Origin: Acidobacteria bacterium UBA2999
GTDB taxonomy: Bacteria; Acidobacteriota; Vicinamibacteria; Vicinamibacterales; UBA2999
Direction: 5' to 3'
Assembly (NCBI GenBank): GCA_002346475.1
Contig: DDZV01000005.1
Coordinates: forward strand, 2,393 to 66,392
Length of the DNA stretch: 64,000 nt
The translations under genes were made by a program, and so were the position numbers. The first letter of the stretch is position 1. The number at the start of each line of letters is the position of its first letter. This document shows, one piece after another, positions 46,400 to 54,686 of the stretch. A model generated the notes under the pieces. The model saw only the letters and a program-made list of their open reading frames with translations, did no database searches and had not been told where the DNA came from.

Positions 46400-46630
46400 A
46401 AGGAATAAACGCTAGGGCCAGGTTTCCTGACTTGCAGATTCTTACGATTTGGTTAGTCTTCCCATGTTCTACAGTGCTGGTGATAAATTTAGCAATGCTG
46501 TAGCACGGACCATGATAGACCCGTTATACACAGTGACTTATATGACCAAGATCTTTCTGCTTACAGTGGCGGGACCGTGTGGGCATTAAACCCACTTCCC
46601 TGTTCCCTTACGGTATCAGTTGTAGCTATC
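46400..46630 (-). promoter_or_regulatory. Cobalamin (B12) riboswitch
   Basis: The minus-strand RNA contains AAGGGAAC, a GUGGGuuuaauGCCCAC hairpin, ACGGUCCCGCCACUGU, CACUG...GGGAAGAC, and the B12 box AAGUCAGGAAACCUGGCC (forward coordinates 46416-46431). A downstream hairpin TCACGA-n8-TCGTGA (46378-46397) and the SD AAGGGGAGA precede the receptor ATG. Confidence 0.8.
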
Positions 46631-46661
46631 AGTATAGCACGTTAAAATTTCAAGCGATTCC

Positions 46662-47786
46662 ATGATGCGGTCACGTTTAGCAGACGCTCAGTTGCTTGAC
46701 ATTGATACCAAATTAAAGGCTGGTGAGCGACTCACATTTGATGATGGTGTTCGTCTATTTGAAAGTAGCGATGTGTTAGCAGTTGGGTGGCTGGCAAACC
46801 GCGAACGCGAGCGTCGACACGGTCCACGGACTTATTTTAATTACAATCTTCGTCTTGAAGCGACGAACGTTTGTGTGGCGAGTTGTCTCTTTTGTTCTTT
46901 TGCACGTCTCAAAGTAGGCGATCCTGGTTCCTATACGATGTCACTTGAAGAAGCATGGAACAAACTAGAAGCACGTGCTAATCAGCCACTCACAGAAGTG
47001 CACATTGTTAATGGACTTCATCCAGATTTACCTTTTGATTACTATACGAAGCTACTGAGTGGTTTTAAACGCATCCGTTCGGATATTCACTTGAAATGTT
47101 TTACAGCGGTAGAGATTGCTTTTTTTGCCGATCTTTATGGCATGAGTGATGAAGAGGTATTGCGTCAGTTGATAGTTGCCGGACTTGATTCCTTGCCTGG
47201 TGGTGGCGCCGAGATTTTTGCAGAACGTGTTCGACAAAAAATCTGCCACGACAAGTGTGGAACTGAGCGATATCTAGAAATCCATCGAACAGCTCATCGG
47301 TTGGGTCTTCCCTCTAATGTAACGATGTTGTATGGACATATTGAAACAGTTGGTGAGCGCGTTGATCACATGCTTCGCTGTCGCGCTTTGCAAGATGAAA
47401 CGGGAGGGTTCCAAGCATTCATTCCTCTAGCATTTCATCCTGATAACAACCAGATGCGAAAACTTCCTGCGCCGAGTGCAACTGATACGCTCATGGTGCA
47501 TGCAGTAGCGAGGTTGATGTTAGACAATGTGCCACATGTGAAAGCCTTCTGGATTGCCACAGGAGTAGAGGTGGCTCAAATGGCACTCTGGTTTGGTGCG
47601 GACGACCTAGATGGAACTGTACAGGAGGAGAAAATCTATCATATGGCTGGTGCTACTACACCGGAAACCATGACACCAGCAGAGATCTCACGTTTAGTGT
47701 TGGCTGCTGGCCGTCAACCACTTGAACGAGATACGTTGTACAATATTGTTAATGTTCCAGAGCCACTTGCGACTTCAGGACCTTAG
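46662..47786 (+). CDS. mqnE: Radical-SAM futalosine-pathway enzyme, aminofutalosine synthase-like (MqnE; MqnC not excluded)
   Basis: Radical SAM cluster motif CVASCLFCSFA. The CofH/MqnC/MqnE family size (374 aa) and the N-terminal pattern (GERLTFDDGVRLFE...) fit. Confidence 0.72.
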   Translation: MMRSRLADAQLLDIDTKLKAGERLTFDDGVRLFESSDVLAVGWLANRERERRHGPRTYFNYNLRLEATNVCVASCLFCSFARLKVGDPGSYTMSLEEAWNKLEARANQPLTEVHIVNGLHPDLPFDYYTKLLSGFKRIRSDIHLKCFTAVEIAFFADLYGMSDEEVLRQLIVAGLDSLPGGGAEIFAERVRQKICHDKCGTERYLEIHRTAHRLGLPSNVTMLYGHIETVGERVDHMLRCRALQDETGGFQAFIPLAFHPDNNQMRKLPAPSATDTLMVHAVARLMLDNVPHVKAFWIATGVEVAQMALWFGADDLDGTVQEEKIYHMAGATTPETMTPAEISRLVLAAGRQPLERDTLYNIVNVPEPLATSGP

Positions 47787-47806
47787 CAGTTCATAGCCTA
47801 GTAAAC

Positions 47807-48943
47807 GTGACATCATCTTTGCCACTTTTAACTGAGTTTGAGAAGGAAAGCCTGTCTGAGCGTCAGGCTCTACCTCAGGCCTATCTTGGTTTATCGGATG
47901 CTGAGATGGACACTCGTATTGCTGCTGCCAGAGCAAAACTTGGTGATAGGTTAATGATCTTAGGTCATCACTATCAGCGGGATGAGGTGATCAAGTTCGC
48001 TGATCATACGGGTGATTCTTATAGTTTGGCTCGGCAAATTACCTACAACCCAGACGTAGACTTTATTGTATTTTGCGGCGTCCATTTTATGGCTGAAAGT
48101 GCAGATGTCCTTTGTGAGTCACATCAGCAGGTGATTCTTCCAGACCTAGCAGCTGGATGCTCAATGGCTGATATGGCAGAGCCAGATCAGCTTGAGACAT
48201 GCTGGGAAGAACTTGAGCAAATGGGAGTTTCTGGGGTTGTCCCAGTGACCTACATCAACTCTGCTGCTTCGATTAAGTCATATGTGGGTGAATGGGGCGG
48301 CACGGTGTGTACGTCATCGAATGCACCTGCGACTCTTCGGTGGGCGTTCGAACGTGGCGACAAGGTACTGTTTCTTCCAGATCAACACCTCGGGCGAAAT
48401 ACGGCTTACAAAATGGGTATTTCCCTTGATCAGATGGTGGTGTGGGATCCTAATGAGATTTTTGGCGGATTAAATCCTGATCAGGTTATGTCGGCAAAGA
48501 TGATTCTATGGAAGGGTCATTGCTCGGTTCATACGCGGTTTTCTACGAATCAGATCAAAAACCTCCGACAACAGCATCCAGATGTTCGTGTCATTGTACA
48601 TCCAGAGGTTCCCTTTGAAGTTGTTCAGGAAGCTGATGAAAGTGGTAGTACCGAGCACATCATCCAGCAGGTTTCCAAGAGTCCGGTAGGTTCTATATGG
48701 GCTGTAGGAACGGAGATCCACCTTGTCAGTCGATTAGCTGAGCAATTAGCCCCTGAACGCACAGTGCTGTCACTTGATCAGTTTGGGTGTCTTTGTTCTA
48801 CGATGTTTCGTGTATCACCTAATCATCTGCTTTGGATTCTTGAAGAACTCTTAGCCGGACGAGTTCAGAACCGTATTGCGGTACCCAAAGAACAAAAACA
48901 CTGGAATAAGATAGCGCTCGATAGAATGTTGTCAATTCGGTAG
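47807..48943 (+). CDS. nadA: Quinolinate synthase
   Basis: GHHYQRDEV, FCGVHFMAES, YINSAA and HPE motifs. 378 aa long form, GTG start. Confidence 0.9.
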   Translation: MTSSLPLLTEFEKESLSERQALPQAYLGLSDAEMDTRIAAARAKLGDRLMILGHHYQRDEVIKFADHTGDSYSLARQITYNPDVDFIVFCGVHFMAESADVLCESHQQVILPDLAAGCSMADMAEPDQLETCWEELEQMGVSGVVPVTYINSAASIKSYVGEWGGTVCTSSNAPATLRWAFERGDKVLFLPDQHLGRNTAYKMGISLDQMVVWDPNEIFGGLNPDQVMSAKMILWKGHCSVHTRFSTNQIKNLRQQHPDVRVIVHPEVPFEVVQEADESGSTEHIIQQVSKSPVGSIWAVGTEIHLVSRLAEQLAPERTVLSLDQFGCLCSTMFRVSPNHLLWILEELLAGRVQNRIAVPKEQKHWNKIALDRMLSIR

Positions 48944-49059
48944 GACATAAATTTCATGAGTGTCAGTAAGCTTGTTTGTGCTTTACGAAATGCTTTCTTG
49001 CTACGGACACTGTTTCCCGGATACGATCGGCCGACTTTCCATGTGACAAGGAGGATTTG

Positions 49060-49689
49060 ATGGCTCTTTCAGATCTATTTACCAACGTGCAGTTGCTCTT
49101 GAGATGGGTTCACGTTTTTGCCGGCATTGTCTGGATTGGCCATCTGTATTTCTTTAATTTCGTTAACATTCCTTTTCAGGGCACGATTGGTCCAGATGTT
49201 AAAAGAGTAGTGAATCCACAGATCATGTCACGAGCTCTCTGGTGGTTTCGTTGGGGAGCGATGATTACCTTCGTAGCAGGGTTGTTATTGTTCACGCAAC
49301 TTTACATGTATGACCCTGTATCCGGATTTGGACCGAGTCTCGCTTTTAGTGGAGAAGATGGTATTACAGGTCGGGCAGTCTGGATTCTTATGGGGATGGT
49401 CTTTGGCACCATTATGTGGTTCAACGTGTGGTTTATTATTTGGCCGGCCCAGCAAAAAATTCTTCCTGCCGTAAGAGATGGTGTTGCTCCGGATCCAGCT
49501 CTCCCAAAACGTGCAGCGATGGCATCACGCGTGAACACTTACCTTTCTGGCCCAATGCTTTTTGGGATGCTGGCGGCAAATCACTATGGCGCTGTAAATT
49601 TCCTCACTGCAGTTGTGGCAGTTGCGCTTGGATTGTTGGCAATTTGGTGGTCTTATAAATCGGCGCCTCAAGTTGGGAAGTCTGTGTAA
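49060..49689 (+). CDS. Membrane protein of the HemJ/PuuD/CopD-like class (function unassigned)
   Basis: The ATG at 49060 is preceded by the SD AAGGAGG (49048-49054), so the track start at 48976 is rejected. LLLRWVHVFAGIVWIGHLYFFNFVN resembles the His-bearing first helix of that class. This is from recall only. Confidence 0.5.
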   Translation: MALSDLFTNVQLLLRWVHVFAGIVWIGHLYFFNFVNIPFQGTIGPDVKRVVNPQIMSRALWWFRWGAMITFVAGLLLFTQLYMYDPVSGFGPSLAFSGEDGITGRAVWILMGMVFGTIMWFNVWFIIWPAQQKILPAVRDGVAPDPALPKRAAMASRVNTYLSGPMLFGMLAANHYGAVNFLTAVVAVALGLLAIWWSYKSAPQVGKSV

Positions 49690-49715
49690 GACGGTTTGCT
49701 TGAAGTAGGTTGGTA

Positions 49716-49765
49716 TGTGCCTGGCTGGATTGTTTCGGCAATTTAGCTAGGCACATTATTCTTTT
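49716..49765 (+). terminator. Rho-independent terminator candidate
   Basis: TGTGCCTGGCT (49716-49726) pairs with AGCTAGGCACA (49745-49755) with one mismatch, giving an 11-bp stem. It is followed by TTATTCTTTT. Confidence 0.55.
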
Positions 49766-49811
49766 ACAGTTGTCCTAAAGTTTCATTAAATCTGTCTGTG
49801 TCTTCTAATCG

Positions 49812-50612
49812 ATGTCCTTCGTCCTCTACCTTTTTTTAGTGCATCTGGGTGTTGGCATTAGTCTTACTTTGCTACTTGTATCAAAAGAGGCTGGCCTAAA
49901 GTTTTTTCGCTTCAATGCAGGGGTTGCCGCGTTGCTCCTTGCGACGGCGATGGCGTTTCGTCCACCTACGGATGTCATTGGCGATACTGTGATTGGTGCA
50001 ACAAGTATCACTATGCTCGGTATTGCGCTGGCGACATTAACGATTTATTGGCTTATCGCTGGTCGTATTTTGTCACAATTGCGACCGGTCCTTCCCGTAG
50101 TAGCTACAGTGGCAGGCTTAATCGCAGTTTCACTTCACAGTCTTGTGGCTGCAACACCAGTAGTTTCTGGCGGACTCTTAACCGCAATAAGTGCATTGAC
50201 TGCGGTGGCGTTACTTGGTTGCACGTGCACGGCAATGGTTCTTGGTCATTGGTATCTTGTGATTCCCTCAATGGACATTCGGCATCTACAGCGCATTGTT
50301 TTTTTACATATCATCACATTGGGAGCGCGAATTGTTATCGTTGCCATTGCACTGATTATTGCTCTAAGCGAACCGCTCCTAACAGGGCAGTCACTTCAAC
50401 AGTACGTTGTGTCAATTGATGGTGTTTTTTTATGGCAGCGTATTCTATTCGGTCTTGCTGTCCCTATGGTGTTAGCTTATTTGACTTGGGAAACCGCAAA
50501 GATTCGTTCTACGCAGTCAGCCACTGGCATTCTTTATGTTGATTTCTTTACGGTGATGGTTGGGGAGATTCTATCAGGGTATCTGTGGCTTTCAACAGGG
50601 CTGGCTGTCTAA
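49812..50612 (+). CDS. Hypothetical polytopic (~8 TM) membrane protein
   Basis: 266 aa and hydrophobic throughout. A conserved-looking LGHWYLVIPSMD segment is present, but no family is recognised. Confidence 0.5.
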   Translation: MSFVLYLFLVHLGVGISLTLLLVSKEAGLKFFRFNAGVAALLLATAMAFRPPTDVIGDTVIGATSITMLGIALATLTIYWLIAGRILSQLRPVLPVVATVAGLIAVSLHSLVAATPVVSGGLLTAISALTAVALLGCTCTAMVLGHWYLVIPSMDIRHLQRIVFLHIITLGARIVIVAIALIIALSEPLLTGQSLQQYVVSIDGVFLWQRILFGLAVPMVLAYLTWETAKIRSTQSATGILYVDFFTVMVGEILSGYLWLSTGLAV

Positions 50613-50613
50613 T

Positions 50614-51078
50614 ATGGAAGTCACGGTTCGTTGTCCTCAGTGTGATGCGGCGTTGCCCATCAATGTTGACGAAGCCGAAGTAAAAATTTGTTGCCAACGC
50701 TGCGGGCGAGAAACCCGGCTTAAGGGCACCAATGCTGTGATATCTGACACTGCTGTGGACAGTTGTCCAGTTTGTCAGGGAAACGATTTTTACATACGAA
50801 AAGATTTTGATCCAAAGACCGGCGTGGCAATTGTTGCAACAGGCGCAATCATCAGTGCTGTTTTTTATTACTTTGGCCAAGACATCATTGCTTATGGTGT
50901 TTTAGGTAGTGGCGCACTCATTGATTTAATTGTCTACGGTCGATTAAAAAATGTGACCATTTGTTACCGTTGCCATGCAGAGTTTAGAGGTGCATATAAA
51001 CGAACAGCTGATGTGTTCGATTTGCATACTGCAGATATTCTTGAGCCCGAATGGGAGAGAAAAATCCGTCGCCGCTAA
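50614..51078 (+). CDS. Double zinc-ribbon membrane protein (hypothetical)
   Basis: The ATG at 50614 lies 1 nt after the upstream stop. Cys pairs: CPQC...CQRC, CPVC...CYRC. Two central TM helices are present. The track start at 50560 overlaps the upstream gene. Confidence 0.55.
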   Translation: MEVTVRCPQCDAALPINVDEAEVKICCQRCGRETRLKGTNAVISDTAVDSCPVCQGNDFYIRKDFDPKTGVAIVATGAIISAVFYYFGQDIIAYGVLGSGALIDLIVYGRLKNVTICYRCHAEFRGAYKRTADVFDLHTADILEPEWERKIRRR

Positions 51079-52295
51079 AACAGTGTTACCTGAACAGGTT
51101 CCCCTTGCTCAACAGTGATTGTCGTAGGTGCGATTTCGATATAGCCGTCTGCCTGCGACATGCTAGTGATATCACCTGAAGCTTTGAAGGCTGGTACCGC
51201 TATGCCTTGTTCCACTCGTACCGTATAGAACTGGTGTTTATCTATCGCTGATCGTATTTTCTTGCCGAGCGGAACGGTAATGGTACGAGCGTGATGAGCG
51301 GGCAAGTGTGCTAGATGGCGAATTACAGGTACAAGTAATATGTGTGCATTGGAGAGGCATGACGTCGGGTAACCAGGCATGCCAAAGATGAGCTTGTCAT
51401 TGATTATACCTACCACAGTGGGTTTGCCAGGCTTGATAGCGAGGCCGTGGAAAAGGATGGTTCCTTTTTGTCCAATGACATCAACCATAAAGTCCCGTGT
51501 CCCTACAGAACTTCCGCCAGAGAATACCAGGAGGTCTGATTCCAGGCACCGCTCGACAGCATCAGACAAGTCCTTAATGTTGTCTGATGCGGTACGATGT
51601 GGTTCTGGATATCCACCGTGCTCTGTCACGATGGCCGTGAGTGTGAACTTATTGATGTCATAGATTTGTCCAGGTTTAAGTGGTTGTCCAAGATCCGCAA
51701 TCTCATTACCAGTTGATAGAATTGCAACCCGTGGACGCACATAGACTCTTACTTCGGTAGTGCCAACTGCAGCAAGTGCACCGATACGGCTTGCATTAAG
51801 GACTTCGCCTGTTCTTAGAACGATCTGGCCTTCCTGAATGTCAGCACCTTGCTGGCCGACGTGCTGTTGTGGCTCAACAGGGCTCATGATGTAGACAGTG
51901 TTAGATGAATCAGACTTTGTTTTTTCTACCATGACTACGGCATTAGCGTTATCTGGCATTGGTGCCCCAGTAGAAATTTCTGAACATTGCCCAGATTCTA
52001 TTGGGCATGTCGGTATTTGACCGGTGAACACACGTTCCACACAGGTTAAATATTTTGGGTTTTCTTGAGTCGCTCCGAATGTATCTTCAGCGCGGACGGC
52101 GTAGCCATCCATGGCGGCACGTGCGAAGGACGGCACATCAGCACTGGCAATACACTCCTGCGCGAGCACTCGACCATTTGCTTCAGACAGCGATACAATT
52201 TCAATACGATCAATCGTTTTCATCTGTGATTCGATTAGTGCTTTCGCTTGCGCTAGTGGAATTGTATTTTTGATTGGGCGCATCTTCACAGTCAT
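51075..52295 (-). CDS. moeA: Molybdopterin molybdenumtransferase
   Basis: 406 aa with the MoeA domain order and SGGSSVG / GLAIKPGKP motifs. Confidence 0.9.
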   Translation of the reverse strand: MTVKMRPIKNTIPLAQAKALIESQMKTIDRIEIVSLSEANGRVLAQECIASADVPSFARAAMDGYAVRAEDTFGATQENPKYLTCVERVFTGQIPTCPIESGQCSEISTGAPMPDNANAVVMVEKTKSDSSNTVYIMSPVEPQQHVGQQGADIQEGQIVLRTGEVLNASRIGALAAVGTTEVRVYVRPRVAILSTGNEIADLGQPLKPGQIYDINKFTLTAIVTEHGGYPEPHRTASDNIKDLSDAVERCLESDLLVFSGGSSVGTRDFMVDVIGQKGTILFHGLAIKPGKPTVVGIINDKLIFGMPGYPTSCLSNAHILLVPVIRHLAHLPAHHARTITVPLGKKIRSAIDKHQFYTVRVEQGIAVPAFKASGDITSMSQADGYIEIAPTTITVEQGEPVQVTLF

Positions 52296-52795
52296 CGGTT
52301 CATTTGCTGTACAACGTGACCAAGTTCAGGCACGATAAGTTTTGTTAGTGCGAGCTGCACAGCAGGTTCTGAACCTGGAAGTACAAAGATCGCTGTATGG
52401 TTTACAGTGCCGGCAGTAGCACGACTTAGCATTGCGGCAGCGCCTATTTCTTGAAAACTTAGAACTCGGAATAATTCACCGAAGCCATCAAGCTTCTTAG
52501 TCAGGAGCTTGTTCACTATTTCGAATGTACTGTCTCGAGATGTGATACCTGTTCCACCTGTTGTGAGGATAACTTGTACTTCTGAGTTTGCAATTTGTTT
52601 CTGGATAACCTCTTCAATTTGTACAGGGTCGTCAGGAACAAGCTTATATCCAACAATATTGTGTCCGTTTTTAATGAGGCCATTTCGCACTGCACGCCCG
52701 CTAGTGTCTGTTTCAGAAGTACGTGTATCACTGACGGTCAGGATGAAGCAGTTAATCGTAGCGGGGGCTGCCGCTCGGTGCTTAAGGTAATTCAC
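52292..52795 (-). CDS. moaB: Molybdenum cofactor biosynthesis protein B (MogA/MoaB family)
   Basis: LTVSDTRT and TTGGTGITSRD motifs. 4-nt overlap with moeA. Confidence 0.87.
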   Translation of the reverse strand: MNYLKHRAAAPATINCFILTVSDTRTSETDTSGRAVRNGLIKNGHNIVGYKLVPDDPVQIEEVIQKQIANSEVQVILTTGGTGITSRDSTFEIVNKLLTKKLDGFGELFRVLSFQEIGAAAMLSRATAGTVNHTAIFVLPGSEPAVQLALTKLIVPELGHVVQQMNR

Positions 52796-52882
52796 ATAGG
52801 AATTATAGGTGGTGTATAGTTATTTCTTATATCTTAGTATCACCATCGCTACAGACTGTATTAGTTGAACGTATTCCTATAA

Positions 52883-52959
52883 GCGCCCTTAGCTCAGCTG
52901 GATAGAGTGTCTGGCTACGAACCAGGAGGTCGCAGGTTCGAATCCTGCAGGGCGCGCCA
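52883..52959 (+). tRNA. tRNA-Arg (anticodon ACG), CCA encoded
   Basis: Folded by hand. Acceptor stem GCGCCCT/AGGGCGC; D arm GCTC-AGCTGGATA-GAGT; anticodon stem TCTGG/CCAGG with loop CTACGAA; T arm GCAGG-TTCGAAT-CCTGC; discriminator G followed by CCA. Confidence 0.93.
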
Positions 52960-54531
52960 TTACTGCTTTCCGATGGAAGATTGGCCTTGTCGTAAAACGT
53001 ATTTCTGGATTTTTCCAGTTGCGGTCTTTGGTAGTTGGTCGACAAACACAATTTTTCGTGGTGCTTTAAAATGTGCCAGTTTTTCTCTGGCATAGGTAAT
53101 CAGTTCTTTGTCAGTCGCAGAAGTGCCTTGATTCAGCACGACGAAGGCACACGGAGTTTCTCCCCATTTTTCATCTGGCACACCAATCACTGCAATCTCA
53201 CAGATGCTCGGGTGTTGCATCATTACGCCTTCAACCTCAACTGAAGAGATGTTTTCCCCGCCACTGATGATCACGTCTTTAAAGCGATCGCGAATCTCGA
53301 TATACCCATCGGGGTGCATGACGGCGGCATCTCCACTGTGGAACCAGCCACCACGCATGGCAGTTGCTGTAGCTTCCGAGTCGTTATAGTAGCCAGCCAT
53401 GATGACGTTTCCGCGCATAATAATTTCTCCAAGGGTCTGTCCATCTCTCGGCACGTCATGCTCAGATTCGTCAACAACACGTAGTGCGCCAGCTGTCATG
53501 ATTTCGACACCTTGCCTTGCTTTGATAGTTGCCTGCTCTTTCGAGGAACGGGTTTTGTGCTCGGCCTGAGGTTCACACACAGTCATGAATGGAGATGTTT
53601 CTGTTAGTCCGTAAGCATGTAGAAGGTTCCATCCGAATTCACCTTCGACTCGCTGAATTGTGGCCGCTGCAGGCGGGGCGCCAGCAGTTATGACTTTGAT
53701 GCCACGGCGTACCTCGCCGCGTTTATGAGCGGGTGCGTTGGCTAACATAATGAGGACAGTCGGCGCTGCACACATATGTGTTACTTCTTCTTCACGCATT
53801 AGTCGAAATGAAGTTTCAGGATCAAGTGCACGGAGACAAATATGCGTGCCTCCAATAGCAGTTATCAACCAAGTAAATGTCCACCCATTTGCATGGAACA
53901 TTGGCAGTGTCCAGAGATACCGATCAGCCGATGTCATTGGCCAATGAATTAAGACGCCGACGATGTTTATGTAGGCATTTCGATGGGTAATCATTACGCC
54001 TTTTGGACGGGACGTTGTACCACTGGTGTAGTTGATTGTGAGCAAGTCAGTTTCTTTAATAGTAGGCGTTTCAAAAATAGGCTCTTCGACAGCAAGTAAT
54101 GCTTCGTAGTCAAGGAAGTCTTTACCAGCACCTTCAAGTGCTACAAAGTGTTGAACGTCTGGACAGTTTGTACGGATAGTATCCACTGCATCGAGATAAT
54201 CCTTGTGGACACAAACAACCTTTGCTTCGCTGTGGTTAATGATGTACTCGAATTCGGCTGGGTTTAATCGAAAATTAATTGGAACTAGTACTGCACCAAT
54301 TTGTGGTACAGCATAGAACGATTCAAGTTGTGCGTGCGTATTTGGAGAGAGGTATGCAACTTTGTCCCCTTTGGTAATCCCGAGACGTTGCAGCGCGGCT
54401 GACCATCGGTCACAACGGCTAAAAAACTTAGCATAAGTAAGGCGTAGTGTCCCATCAACTACAGCTTCTTTAGTTGCGTAAAGTTTTCGCGTTCGGCGTT
54501 GAAATTCTAATGGCGTTAGTGGTGTTTCCAC
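52960..54531 (-). CDS. AMP-forming acyl-CoA synthetase (medium/long-chain or aromatic acid)
   Basis: YTSGTTSRPKGV, the GWFHSGD and GGENISS motifs, and a C-terminal PKTATGKIQK. Confidence 0.87.
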   Translation of the reverse strand: METPLTPLEFQRRTRKLYATKEAVVDGTLRLTYAKFFSRCDRWSAALQRLGITKGDKVAYLSPNTHAQLESFYAVPQIGAVLVPINFRLNPAEFEYIINHSEAKVVCVHKDYLDAVDTIRTNCPDVQHFVALEGAGKDFLDYEALLAVEEPIFETPTIKETDLLTINYTSGTTSRPKGVMITHRNAYINIVGVLIHWPMTSADRYLWTLPMFHANGWTFTWLITAIGGTHICLRALDPETSFRLMREEEVTHMCAAPTVLIMLANAPAHKRGEVRRGIKVITAGAPPAAATIQRVEGEFGWNLLHAYGLTETSPFMTVCEPQAEHKTRSSKEQATIKARQGVEIMTAGALRVVDESEHDVPRDGQTLGEIIMRGNVIMAGYYNDSEATATAMRGGWFHSGDAAVMHPDGYIEIRDRFKDVIISGGENISSVEVEGVMMQHPSICEIAVIGVPDEKWGETPCAFVVLNQGTSATDKELITYAREKLAHFKAPRKIVFVDQLPKTATGKIQKYVLRQGQSSIGKQ

Positions 54532-54686
54532 GATGGTTCAGGATAATACCATGCGTACAGTCATGGATTCTTTAGGGAACTTTTCACATGTCCCTGTTTT
54601 TGCCTCGCTGTGCATTTGCACTATCGTTGACTGTATAAGCAGTTACCTATGAATTTCTTTAGAGAGTTGTTGGACTTATTTTTTAT

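Noticed and set aside
46631-46661. A sigma70 promoter for the riboswitch transcript (TTGAAA ... TATACT on the minus strand).
   Set aside because: The two hexamers are only 11 nt apart, far from the 16-18 nt optimum. The promoter position is left unassigned.
48976-49059. N-terminal extensions implied by the track starts at 48976, 50560, 17303, 41422 and 46381.
   Set aside because: Downstream in-frame ATGs have better context. At 49060 the SD AAGGAGG precedes the ATG. At 50614 the start sits 1 nt after the upstream stop. At 41332 the 71-nt overlap is removed. At 46345 the start yields a clean signal peptide, and the 46381 GTG lies inside a leader hairpin. The extensions add non-homologous Cys- and Leu-rich sequence.
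52796-52882. A molybdenum-cofactor riboswitch upstream of moaB-moeA.
   Set aside because: The leader is only ~87 nt and AT-rich, with no extended conserved helices. That is too short for the ~130-nt Moco RNA motif.
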